Below are positions 33,948 to 42,239 of a DNA stretch of 64,000 bases, piece after piece; position 1 is the stretch's first letter, and each line of letters begins with the position of its first letter. Position numbers and translations under genes: made by a program. Where the stretch lies: NCBI GenBank assembly GCA_017403145.1, contig JAFQOO010000005.1, positions 107,141 to 171,140 of the forward strand, read 5' to 3'. The notes under the pieces are model-generated. The model had not been told where the DNA came from, did not search any database, and saw nothing but the letters and a program-made list of their open reading frames with translations. Origin of the DNA: Clostridia bacterium (GTDB lineage: Bacteria > Bacillota > Clostridia > Christensenellales > DTU072).

Positions 33948-35018
33948 ATGGCAAACGAAAGATATTACGACCAATTTAATAGAGAAAAATATGAGAAATT
34001 TAACTCCATCGTTGAAGAACTTCCCTATTTTTGCAATGAGTACTTTACCGGTATAGATTCCACTACTTCGGTGCTTACTAAACTTAACTATGCAACCGAT
34101 TTATCCATTTTCTTTGACTTTTTGGTGCATAAAGTACACGGTTTTGTCGGTAAGCAAATTGCTGATATTACTTTAAAAGATATTGACGAATATATATCAG
34201 CTACCGAAATTGAATATTTTTTAAGATATTTATCCTTCTATACTTTCAAAGGAAAGCCCTATCGTAATGCAGAAAAGGCTAAGGCAAGAAAGTTGAGTGC
34301 TGTTAGGTCCCTATTCAAATATTTTTATAATAAGGATAAACTTAGTCAAAACGTTACTGCAAAAGTTGCAACGCCCAAGCTTCACGAGAAAGCTATTGTT
34401 CGTTTGGACGATAACGAAGTGGAAAAAATGCTTGATACTGTAGAAAGTGAGCAAAAATTTGTTTCAAAATTCCAAAATAGTTATAATATGAACACGCGCG
34501 ACCGCGATATTGCTATAGTTACGTTATTTTTAGGTACGGGAATTCGTGTTAGCGAGTTGGTTGGTATAAATCTTGATGACCTTGATATAAAGAATAACGC
34601 ATTTAAAGTTACTAGGAAAGGCGGAAACGTATCTGTTCTATATTTCTCCGAAGAAGTAAAAGATGCGCTTGAATACTACCTAGAATGGCGTGAGCAAAGA
34701 CTCCTCAAGGCCAATCGATTGGATAAAGAAAACGCACTATTTATTTCTTTGCAAAACAAGCGCATAACCGTTAGAGCTGTTGAGAATTTGGTAAAAAAGT
34801 ATACGGGCGTTGTCAATCCTTTAAAATCGGTATCTCCGCATAAACTACGTTCCACCTATGGTACCGCTCTTTACCGCCAAACCAAGGATATTTATATGGT
34901 TGCAGAAGTGCTTGGTCATCGAGACGTTAATACCACAAAGAAACACTATGCTGCAATAGACGAAGATATAAAGCGCGAAGCATCTACCAAGGTTAAGTTG
35001 CGTAAAAACGACGATTAA
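33948..35018 (+). CDS. Tyrosine site-specific recombinase, Xer family (XerS-like single recombinase)
   Basis: 356-aa ORF. Catalytic residues are in GTGIRVSEL (Arg), HKLRST (His-x-x-Arg), LGHRDVNTT (His) and KKHY (Tyr). The N-terminal core-binding domain has LPYFCNEYF...FFDFL, and a VTRKGGN motif is present. Length and motifs match my recollection of XerS. Confidence 0.85.
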   Translation: MANERYYDQFNREKYEKFNSIVEELPYFCNEYFTGIDSTTSVLTKLNYATDLSIFFDFLVHKVHGFVGKQIADITLKDIDEYISATEIEYFLRYLSFYTFKGKPYRNAEKAKARKLSAVRSLFKYFYNKDKLSQNVTAKVATPKLHEKAIVRLDDNEVEKMLDTVESEQKFVSKFQNSYNMNTRDRDIAIVTLFLGTGIRVSELVGINLDDLDIKNNAFKVTRKGGNVSVLYFSEEVKDALEYYLEWREQRLLKANRLDKENALFISLQNKRITVRAVENLVKKYTGVVNPLKSVSPHKLRSTYGTALYRQTKDIYMVAEVLGHRDVNTTKKHYAAIDEDIKREASTKVKLRKNDD

Positions 35019-35101
35019 ATAGAATTATATCCCCTATTTTCGGGTTATAATTCTAAAAAGTTTTTTAAAATAGAGTAAACTTCGGTATAATAAGTGTAAA
35101 A

Positions 35102-35121
35102 ATGCAAACTTTTGTTTGCAT
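35102..35121. promoter_or_regulatory. Perfect 8-4-8 palindrome, candidate operator (LexA or PadR) overlapping the -35 of lexA promoter P1
   Basis: ATGCAAAC-TTTT-GTTTGCAT. The core CAAAC-N4-GTTTG resembles the Firmicutes LexA box CGAAC-N4-GTTCG but carries A/T in place of the conserved G/C. Confidence 0.45.
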
Positions 35122-35144
35122 TTTTTGTCATATCGTGATAGAAT
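35116..35144 (+). promoter_or_regulatory. lexA promoter P1 (extended -10)
   Basis: TTGCAT (35116-35121), 17 nt, TGaTAGAAT (hexamer at 35139-35144). Confidence 0.45.
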
Positions 35145-35177
35145 ATAAACAAGTAAGTAGAATTTTTGTCAAGCCCA

Positions 35178-35206
35178 TTGCTTAATTGTTCTAATTATAT
35201 TATAAT
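35178..35206 (+). promoter_or_regulatory. lexA promoter P2
   Basis: TTGCTT (35178-35183), 17 nt, TATAAT (35201-35206). SD GGAG is at 35213-35216 and the ATG at 35225. Confidence 0.6.
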
Positions 35207-35224
35207 TATCACGGAGTTACACTT

Positions 35225-35857
35225 ATGACCAAAAACGTCGAGATGCAACAAAAAATGGAGATGATTAAAAACTATATCTACGAAACCGTAGATGAGCGCG
35301 GTTGTCCCCCTACGATTAGAGAAATTTGCTACAAGTTCGATATTAAATCGACCTCTAGCGCTTCCTACTATCTACGTAAGCTTGAAGATGCAGGTGAGCT
35401 CCGTATCAACAAACAAAAAAGTCGTGGGTTAGAAGTAACGGGTAAACGTTTAACTTCCAGAGACGTTATAAGAGTGCCTCTAGTCGGCTCGGTTACCGCG
35501 GGTATTCCCAAGCTTGCAGTGGAAGATAACGACGAATCTGTCTACCTACCCCAAAATTTGTTTACTCGCGTGGACGAAAACACCTTTATGCTAGCTGTAG
35601 AAGGAACTTCTATGATAGATATTGGTATTAATGATGGTGATAAAATCATCGTTAAGCAACAACCCACCGCTCGTAATGGTCAAGTTATAGTTGCCCTTAT
35701 CGGCGACGAAATGAGTACCGTTAAGCGTTTCTATCTGGAAAATGGCAAGGTAAGACTTCACCCCGAAAACAAATATATGCAAGATAAGTTCTATAATCCC
35801 GAAGAAATAAAGATTTTGGGCGTGGTTGTAGGTCTTATTCGTACCGAAATTCATTAA
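35225..35857 (+). CDS. lexA: SOS repressor LexA
   Basis: 210-aa ORF with an N-terminal wHTH domain and an S24 peptidase domain. The catalytic Ser is in VEGTSMIDIGI and the Lys in TVKRF. Confidence 0.93.
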   Translation: MTKNVEMQQKMEMIKNYIYETVDERGCPPTIREICYKFDIKSTSSASYYLRKLEDAGELRINKQKSRGLEVTGKRLTSRDVIRVPLVGSVTAGIPKLAVEDNDESVYLPQNLFTRVDENTFMLAVEGTSMIDIGINDGDKIIVKQQPTARNGQVIVALIGDEMSTVKRFYLENGKVRLHPENKYMQDKFYNPEEIKILGVVVGLIRTEIH

Positions 35858-35865
35858 GGATTTTT

Positions 35866-37641
35866 ATGGATACTGTTAACACAGAACTAATTAGAGGACA
35901 CGTTGATACCATAATTTTAAACTCACTTGCCGAGCGAGACCGTTATGGTTACGAAATTTTGGATATTATTGCCGATTTGAGCGAAGGTCGTTACGAAATA
36001 AAGCAACCTACTCTTTATTCTTGCTTAAAAAGACTAGAAAAGCAAGGTTTTATCGATTCCTACTTTGGCGACGAATCCAATGGTGGCAGAAGAAGATATT
36101 ATAAGCTTACCGATAAAGGCAGAGAAACTCTTGAGCAAGACCAACGTGAATGGGAGTTTTCCAGAACGATTATCAATCGTCTTTTATCGGATAGAGAAAT
36201 AGATTTAAAGACCGTAGAAGCCCCTTTTAATCCTAACGAATTGCGTCCTTTAACTCGTAGAGTTAAAGCTCACGAGTCTGGCGAAGAGGTTGCTGCAACC
36301 GATATACCCGCTCAAAACGTCGAACCGATTATAAAGTACGTATACGTTCCACAATACATACAAGTTCCTGTAGGCAGTCCCCTACCTCAAAATGGTGTTT
36401 TGCCCGAAGGAGCTGTTCTTGCAAATCCCGACGAGATTCCGGAAGAAGTTAGAGCCGAAAATATTATACAACAACCACAAATTGTAGAAGAAAACGTCGT
36501 TCAAAACGGGGTTGCACTCAATAACGTTGGTGTAGAACAAAGCGTAATTCAAAATAACGTTAACGTTGTCGAGCAAAATGCCATTGAAAACAATATTTTG
36601 AGAAACACCAACTATTTTTCATTCCTTCAAAACGAAGATGAAATAAATATCCCCACTCCTACTGAGCAAGAAGCTTTGAACGCACTTTATTCTTTGCCTA
36701 CGGATAATAATGTTATTAACAATAACGTTATCGTTGAAGAGCAAGTTAATACGATTTCGAGCCAAAACGTTGAAGAACAAATAGTTGATGAAGCTGTTGA
36801 ACAAGTTGTTCAAACTAACGAAATCGACGAAGAAACTGCGTTAACAATCAAAGAACAACAAACAAAGGCAAGCAGATTGCTTGGTATAGGTGAATTTGCT
36901 ACCCATCGCAATTTAATAGAAGACCCTGTCGTTGCTGAAAACGAGAACGACGTGGTAAATTCCTCTCAAAATAACGTTGATTCCTACAATAATGATAATA
37001 ATGGTGATAACGTAATAAATTATCGCGAAGCGCTTTCTGCATTCTTTGGAACGACCAATGCAAACAATACTTTGGTTCAACAAGCTAGCCTAAATAACCA
37101 AGCCGAGGCAGAGCGTATAGAAAATACTACCAAGGCTCGTCATTTTGGCGACGTAAAGCAATCTTTATACGAAGATGGGTTCAAGCTAAAGGTTTATCAA
37201 AAGGCAAACACCCTAAACCACTATTATCTCAAGTTTATATATAGTAACCGCATAAATCGTGATACAGCCTTACTTACATATTTAGTTTTGGTTATCGAGC
37301 TATTGGTTATGATAATAGCTAAAAAGGTATTCGGCACCCCTATTACCTACGTTATTATTGGTGCAGTTGGCGTATTGCTACCACTTATTCCCACTCTAGT
37401 ATGGGTGTTGAATCCAACGAAACGCATACGAGCGCAATTCAATCTTACTCAATCGCTTACAAACGCGGGAATTGCATTTATTATAATATCCGCAATAACC
37501 ATTGTAGTAAGTTTATTGCTAGATGCGAATATGAAATCCGGTGTTACTTATGCTCCTATCATAATTGCTCTAAATATTCCTATTAGCGTTGTCATTTATG
37601 GTATCCTTTATAAGAGCAACAATTACCATTTGAAGAAATAA
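35866..37641 (+). CDS. PadR-family wHTH regulator fused to a long N/Q/V/E-rich linker and a C-terminal multi-TM domain
   Basis: The N-terminal 105 aa form a typical PadR domain (IRGHVDTIILNSLAERDRYGYEI...PTLYSCLKRLEKQGFI...RRYYKLTDKGRE). Residues around 170-390 are low complexity (NNV/EQ-rich). The last roughly 130 aa contain 4 hydrophobic helices. The start is 8 nt after the lexA stop. Confidence 0.8.
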   Translation: MDTVNTELIRGHVDTIILNSLAERDRYGYEILDIIADLSEGRYEIKQPTLYSCLKRLEKQGFIDSYFGDESNGGRRRYYKLTDKGRETLEQDQREWEFSRTIINRLLSDREIDLKTVEAPFNPNELRPLTRRVKAHESGEEVAATDIPAQNVEPIIKYVYVPQYIQVPVGSPLPQNGVLPEGAVLANPDEIPEEVRAENIIQQPQIVEENVVQNGVALNNVGVEQSVIQNNVNVVEQNAIENNILRNTNYFSFLQNEDEINIPTPTEQEALNALYSLPTDNNVINNNVIVEEQVNTISSQNVEEQIVDEAVEQVVQTNEIDEETALTIKEQQTKASRLLGIGEFATHRNLIEDPVVAENENDVVNSSQNNVDSYNNDNNGDNVINYREALSAFFGTTNANNTLVQQASLNNQAEAERIENTTKARHFGDVKQSLYEDGFKLKVYQKANTLNHYYLKFIYSNRINRDTALLTYLVLVIELLVMIIAKKVFGTPITYVIIGAVGVLLPLIPTLVWVLNPTKRIRAQFNLTQSLTNAGIAFIIISAITIVVSLLLDANMKSGVTYAPIIIALNIPISVVIYGILYKSNNYHLKK

Positions 37642-37651
37642 TTTAGTATTA

Positions 37652-37690
37652 TGCCCAGCTTCTTTAGCAAGTTGGGCAGTTTTAACTTTA
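37652..37690 (+). terminator. Intrinsic terminator of the lexA-padR unit
   Basis: TGCCCAGCTT (37652-37661) pairs with AAGTTGGGCA (37669-37678), 10 bp with one G-U pair. It is followed by GTTTTAACTTT. Confidence 0.7.
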
Positions 37691-37710
37691 TCCATTAAAG
37701 CTACACCTTG

Positions 37711-37737
37711 TAAAAAATCCTCGTTGTTACGAGGATT
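37711..37737 (-). terminator. Intrinsic terminator after rnhA
   Basis: On the minus strand ATCCTCGT-AACA-ACGAGGAT (8 bp) is followed by TTTTTTAC. It lies 6 nt beyond the rnhA stop. Confidence 0.7.
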
Positions 37738-37742
37738 TCAAA

Positions 37743-38192
37743 TTATATACTTGATTTTTGAATTTTGGCAATTTCATCGCGAGCAATTTCATCGCATCGA
37801 TTATTGTTTTCGTTATCGCTATGCCCCTTCACTTTTATAAAGGTTACTTGGTGTTTGCTCATCAAATCTACCAATTTTTCCCATAGGTCTACGTTTTTAA
37901 CGTCATCTTTACTCTTTGTACGCCAACCGTGCGACATCCAATACGTGAGCCAACCTTTCATAATAGCATCAACTGCGTATTGTGAATCGCTATACACTCT
38001 AACCTCGCAGGGCTCTTTTAGTGCTTCTAGTGCCTTTATGATGGCTGTTAGCTCCATTCTATTGTTGGTTGTTAGCGCTTCACCGCCGGAGATTATTTTT
38101 TCCACTCCTTTATAAATTAGTATCGAACCCCAACCACCAACGCCGGGATTACCCGAGCAAGCTCCATCTGTATAAATTTCTACTCTTTTCAT
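37743..38192 (-). CDS. rnhA: Ribonuclease HI
   Basis: 149-aa ORF with VEIYTDGACSGNPGVGGWG, NNRMELTA and GHSDNENNNRCDEIA motifs. Confidence 0.92.
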   Translation of the reverse strand: MKRVEIYTDGACSGNPGVGGWGSILIYKGVEKIISGGEALTTNNRMELTAIIKALEALKEPCEVRVYSDSQYAVDAIMKGWLTYWMSHGWRTKSKDDVKNVDLWEKLVDLMSKHQVTFIKVKGHSDNENNNRCDEIARDEIAKIQKSSI

Positions 38193-38998
38193 AATTTTTC
38201 ACTCAAAAGCTTGGATTTTTCTCTACAAGCATCGACACCTTCAATAATTATTTCTGCTAGTCCTTTATCTTTAAAAACGTTTATAGCTTCTATAGTTGTA
38301 CCACCTTTACTGCATACGCGCTCTACGAGCGTAGATAACTCGTATTCGGCAACTCCGGCATACGAAGCGCTACCCTCAAGTGTTTTAAGCGTAAGAAGCT
38401 TGCTTTCCTCTTCGGTAAGTCCACCTTTAACACCTGCTTTAACCATTGCATCGGCAAAAGCATATACGTAAGCAGGTCCACTACCGCTAATAGAAGTTAC
38501 AGCGTCAAATTTGCTTTCTTCGATAACTAACGTCGTGCCACAGGTATTTAATAATGATAATATAAAACTTTGTGTTTCGTTAGCGCATTTATCAAAAGTA
38601 ACCGCCATAACGCCTTTACCAATAGTACAAGGAGTGTTTGGCATAATTCTAGTAATACCTACTTCGTTACCGAGATAGTTTCTCAAAGTAGCGATTTTAA
38701 CGCCAGCCATAATGGAAATTATGGTTTTAGCATTGATTGTAGATGTATTTGATAGTATTTCGGCATAAAATTGAGGTTTAACACCGAGGACAACAATATT
38801 TGCATTTTCAAAAATTTCATTAGTAGACGAGCCTTTAACAACGCCTTTATTTGCAAATTCGTTAAGCTTATTTTCGTCGAGGTCATAAGCAATAATTTCG
38901 TTTGCGGAAAGGTCAAGGGTATCGATAGCACTAAGAATACGATTGATAATCGCGCCCGCCATAACACCTGTGCCGATAAAACCTATTTTATATTTCAT
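38189..38998 (-). CDS. proC: Pyrroline-5-carboxylate reductase
   Basis: 269-aa ORF with the Rossmann motif IGFIGTGVMAGAI and the C-terminal SKGGTTIEA motif. Confidence 0.9.
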   Translation of the reverse strand: MKYKIGFIGTGVMAGAIINRILSAIDTLDLSANEIIAYDLDENKLNEFANKGVVKGSSTNEIFENANIVVLGVKPQFYAEILSNTSTINAKTIISIMAGVKIATLRNYLGNEVGITRIMPNTPCTIGKGVMAVTFDKCANETQSFILSLLNTCGTTLVIEESKFDAVTSISGSGPAYVYAFADAMVKAGVKGGLTEEESKLLTLKTLEGSASYAGVAEYELSTLVERVCSKGGTTIEAINVFKDKGLAEIIIEGVDACREKSKLLSEKL

Positions 38999-39024
38999 AA
39001 TTACTCCTTTTTAGGTAATAATGA

Positions 39025-39053
39025 TTGACTTAAACAAAATATTTGTTTATAAT
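39025..39053 (+). promoter_or_regulatory. Sigma-A promoter of tRNA-Trp
   Basis: TTGACT (39025-39030), 17 nt, TATAAT (39048-39053). The tRNA 5' end is 16 nt downstream. Confidence 0.7.
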
Positions 39054-39068
39054 AGCAATGTTGAATTT

Positions 39069-39143
39069 AGGGGAGTGGCTCAATGGTAGAGCAACGGTCT
39101 CCAAAACCGTCGGTTGCGTGTTCGACTCGCGTCTCCCCTGCCA
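39069..39143 (+). tRNA. trnW: tRNA-Trp (anticodon CCA), encoded CCA end
   Basis: Acceptor stem AGGGGAG (39069-39075) pairs with CTCCCCT (39133-39139). The D-arm has GCTCAATGGTAGAGC, the anticodon loop is CT-CCA-AA, and the T-arm is GCGTGTTCGACTCGC. Discriminator G is followed by CCA. Confidence 0.93.
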
Positions 39144-39174
39144 AAGCACTTGTTTACAAGTGCTTTTTATTTTA
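39144..39174 (+). terminator. Intrinsic terminator after tRNA-Trp
   Basis: AAGCACTTG (39144-39152) pairs with CAAGTGCTT (39157-39165), with loop TTTA, followed by TTTATTTT. Confidence 0.8.
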
Positions 39175-39263
39175 TAACTATTTTACACTACGTTAAGACA
39201 TAAGTCAAGGAAGATTCTTTTAGCTTAAAATAATATGCTCTAAACTTTGGGCTCGAAATAATC

Positions 39264-39295
39264 TAAATAAAAAGGCTACTCTTTCGAGTAGCCTT
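39264..39295 (-). terminator. Intrinsic terminator after the ispH-S1 gene
   Basis: On the minus strand AAGGCTACTC-GAAA-GAGTAGCCTT (10 bp) is followed by TTTATTTAG. Confidence 0.75.
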
Positions 39296-39315
39296 ACATT
39301 TTGATTTAGAATAAA

Positions 39316-41577
39316 TTATTCAGCATCATCAGTGAATTGGGTAAGGTCAAGACCTTTGAATAGGTCAGCCATGGTTGCACCATTGGTGGTAGAAACGTAT
39401 TCATGGGGTTCGTCATCCTCAACCTTTTCTTTTCTAGCTTTCTTTTCGCCCTTGTCTTCTGCTTTAGCAGCGCGCTTGTTGAAGCGGTCGGTACGGCTAG
39501 CTTTTTCTTCTTTACCTTCTTCTGCAACAACTTCTTCAACTACGGGAGCTTCGATAAGTGCTTTGATAGAAAGGGTAATCTTGTTCTTTTCGAAGGAGAT
39601 AATCTTAGCTTCTACTTCGTCGCCAATCTTGAGAGCTTCGTTAGCATTGCTAATCCACTTGTGGCAGATTTCACTTACGTGTACTAAGCCGTCAATACCG
39701 GGTTCGATGCTAATGAATGCACCAAAGTCCTTGATTCTTTCAACTTTGCCCTTAACAACGTCGCCAACGTGATATTTTTCAGCAGCGAGTTCATAGGGTT
39801 GCTTTTGGAGTTGCTTGTAGCCAAGAGAAACTTTATCAGCATCTCTATCAGCTTTAAGAACTACGAATTCATATTTCTTGTTGAGTTCGAGAACGGTGCT
39901 GGGGTCATCAACTTTGGTCCAGCTCAAATCACTGATGTGGAGCAAGCAATCTTTGTTCATGATGCTTACGAAAATGCCAAAGTATTTGTCATCTTTCTTA
40001 GCGAAACGCTTAACTTTACCTTCAACGATGTTGTTAACTTGCATTGCATCCCAGAAAGCGTCTTCTTTAGCAAGCTTTTCCTCTTCGAGGATAATACGTT
40101 GAGAAGCAACGATTCTCTTGGGGTTAGCCTTTTTAGCTTCTTCTTCCTTGGGGGGAAGTATGCGAAGACGTAGCTTTTTGCCTACGTACTCTTCTAGGTT
40201 CTTAACGTAGCCGATTCTAATTTGGCTTGCGGGAACGAAGATGGAATATGAGCCGATTTTACCAAGCAAACCGCCCTTGATTGCGCTTTGGATGGTAAGA
40301 TTGAATTCTTCGCCTTCTTTGATTGCTTTAACAGCTTCGTCAGCAACCAAGATTTCGTCGAACTTTTTCTTAGAAAGGTTGATAGCCTTTAGTTTAGCGT
40401 CGGTCTTGGGGATAATGATTGCTTGGAGATTATCGCCGATAGCATATTTAGACATATCATAGGTTCCGTCGATTTCCATTTCATCAGCAGCGATGAAGCC
40501 GGAATCGTTTTTGCCGTTTAGGTTTACGAATACAGTAACGCCGGTGGGGTCGATAGTTTGGATAGTAGCTTTAACAGTCATACCTTCGCGATATGAACGG
40601 GGAGCGAAACCATGCTTAAGAGCTTCTTCCATGGTGGTGATTTCGACCTCTTTTTTAGCGGTCTTTACTTCTACGGGTTCAGCAGTAACAACTGCTTCGG
40701 TTTTGACTTCAACTTCGTTGACGTCAACAGTGTTGATGTTTTGTTCCATTATGTTGATAACCTCCATAACCAACTCTTTGGGAGTTGATGCGCCCGATAG
40801 TATTGTGGGCATTGTGATATTGTATTTTGCAATCGACTTCAAGTCGTTTACATTCTCTATAATGTAGGCGGGTTTATCGAAAGACCGAGCAATTTGTAAA
40901 AGCTTGTTTACGTTAGCGCTTTTTTTATCGCCGACGACTAAAACCAAGTCGGCATTTTTGCATAACTCACGTGCTTCGAGTTGCCTACGTATGGTAGTAT
41001 AACAAATAGTATTTAATATTACAACTATTTTTTTAAGGTTGCTAAGTAAATTTTCTATTTTTTTTGATATAAATTCATACTTATCACTCTGTAGAGTGGT
41101 TTGCGCGACGATAACGTATTTATCATAGTCGGTGGGTACTATAATTTCGTCGTCTGCACCTATGATGGTGTAGCTTTTTGCGTAGGAAACAACCCCTTTT
41201 ACTTCGCGATGATTTTTATCGCCTATCATTATCAAATGATAGCCTTTGGAGGAATAACTCTCTACTTCGTTATGAATTTTTATGATTGATGGACAGGTTG
41301 CGTCAATAAGATTTATTCCCCTTTCCGTTGCTAAAGAATAAACCTCTTTTTTGCAACCGTGAGCGGAAATAACGAGGGTATCACCACTCGCTAATTCATC
41401 AATATTTTCCACTACGAAAACGTTGTTTTTTTCTAGCAAATCAACTATATTCTTATTGTGGGCAATAGGACCTAAAGAGTACGACTTTTTGTCGTTTTTT
41501 GAGGAAAGAGCTAGTTTTATGGCCCTCTCGACACTGCTACAAGGTCCTATAAATTCACTTATTATAGGTCTTTGCAT
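39316..41577 (-). CDS. ispH: Fusion protein: 4-hydroxy-3-methylbut-2-enyl diphosphate reductase (IspH/LytB) + ribosomal protein S1 repeats
   Basis: 753-aa ORF. The N-terminal roughly 285 aa carry the three IspH cluster cysteines (GPCSSV, ATCPS, NTICY). The C-terminal part has about four S1 domains (e.g. GDVVKGKVERIKDFGAFISI...GLVHVSEI). Confidence 0.9.
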   Translation of the reverse strand: MQRPIISEFIGPCSSVERAIKLALSSKNDKKSYSLGPIAHNKNIVDLLEKNNVFVVENIDELASGDTLVISAHGCKKEVYSLATERGINLIDATCPSIIKIHNEVESYSSKGYHLIMIGDKNHREVKGVVSYAKSYTIIGADDEIIVPTDYDKYVIVAQTTLQSDKYEFISKKIENLLSNLKKIVVILNTICYTTIRRQLEARELCKNADLVLVVGDKKSANVNKLLQIARSFDKPAYIIENVNDLKSIAKYNITMPTILSGASTPKELVMEVINIMEQNINTVDVNEVEVKTEAVVTAEPVEVKTAKKEVEITTMEEALKHGFAPRSYREGMTVKATIQTIDPTGVTVFVNLNGKNDSGFIAADEMEIDGTYDMSKYAIGDNLQAIIIPKTDAKLKAINLSKKKFDEILVADEAVKAIKEGEEFNLTIQSAIKGGLLGKIGSYSIFVPASQIRIGYVKNLEEYVGKKLRLRILPPKEEEAKKANPKRIVASQRIILEEEKLAKEDAFWDAMQVNNIVEGKVKRFAKKDDKYFGIFVSIMNKDCLLHISDLSWTKVDDPSTVLELNKKYEFVVLKADRDADKVSLGYKQLQKQPYELAAEKYHVGDVVKGKVERIKDFGAFISIEPGIDGLVHVSEICHKWISNANEALKIGDEVEAKIISFEKNKITLSIKALIEAPVVEEVVAEEGKEEKASRTDRFNKRAAKAEDKGEKKARKEKVEDDEPHEYVSTTNGATMADLFKGLDLTQFTDDAE

Positions 41578-42227
41578 AGATTGATAACAGCGCTTGCAAC
41601 TTCGTCTATCGTCATATAAGAAGTATCAATTACCGTTGCACCATCAGCGACTTTTAGAGGAGCGAAATCACGATTCATATCTTGGTAATCGCGAGCCTTA
41701 ATATCTTCTAAAATTTCCTCGTAAGTATGGCTAAAATCGCCTTTGCCTTCGAGGTCCCCCTTTCTTCTTATTGCTCTTACTTCTGCGCTAGCATCCATAT
41801 AAATTTTAACGTTAGCATTGGGAAGAACAAAGCTACCAATATCTCTTCCATCAAGTACGCAATCGGTCTTTTTTGCTATTTGACGTTGTAGGTCGGCAAG
41901 CTTTAATCTAACTGCGTGTATTTTGGATATGGTTGAAGCAGCCATAGAGATATGATGCTCGCGGATAAAGGGAGTAACGTCTTCACCGTTAACTATTACT
42001 TTTTGACCGTTTTCGTTATATTCAATATCCATTGAAACAGTATCGAGCAAAGGTAAAACTTTGGCCTCGTCGTTGGGTTCTACTCCGTTTTTGAGAGCAA
42101 AATATGCTAGTCCCCTATACATTGCGCCGGTATCAAGATAGGTTATACCCATATTTTTAGCAATTAGCTTGGCAATCGTGCTTTTTCCTGCGCCGGAAGG
42201 TCCGTCAATAGCGATGTTTAATGTCAT
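41562..42227 (-). CDS. cmk: Cytidylate kinase
   Basis: 221-aa ORF with the P-loop IAIDGPSGAGKST. Confidence 0.93.
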   Translation of the reverse strand: MTLNIAIDGPSGAGKSTIAKLIAKNMGITYLDTGAMYRGLAYFALKNGVEPNDEAKVLPLLDTVSMDIEYNENGQKVIVNGEDVTPFIREHHISMAASTISKIHAVRLKLADLQRQIAKKTDCVLDGRDIGSFVLPNANVKIYMDASAEVRAIRRKGDLEGKGDFSHTYEEILEDIKARDYQDMNRDFAPLKVADGATVIDTSYMTIDEVASAVINLCKDL

Positions 42228-42239
42228 TTGTTATCTCCT

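Noticed and set aside
31138-35018. Integron-like cassette array (a tyrosine recombinase divergent from an array of small same-strand ORFs)
   Set aside because: The orientation logic fits, since all island ORFs point away from the recombinase gene. However, I found no attC-type sites (paired RYYYAAC / GTTRRRY cores) at unit boundaries. The units carry their own strong promoters on the opposite strand. The recombinase also looks Xer-like rather than IntI-like, and I could not identify an IntI-specific insertion.
33948-37641. Prophage lysogeny module (integrase + S24 repressor + regulator)
   Set aside because: The S24 protein is a full-length LexA with its own operator-like palindrome. No phage structural, replication or lysis genes follow, because the next genes are rnhA and proC.
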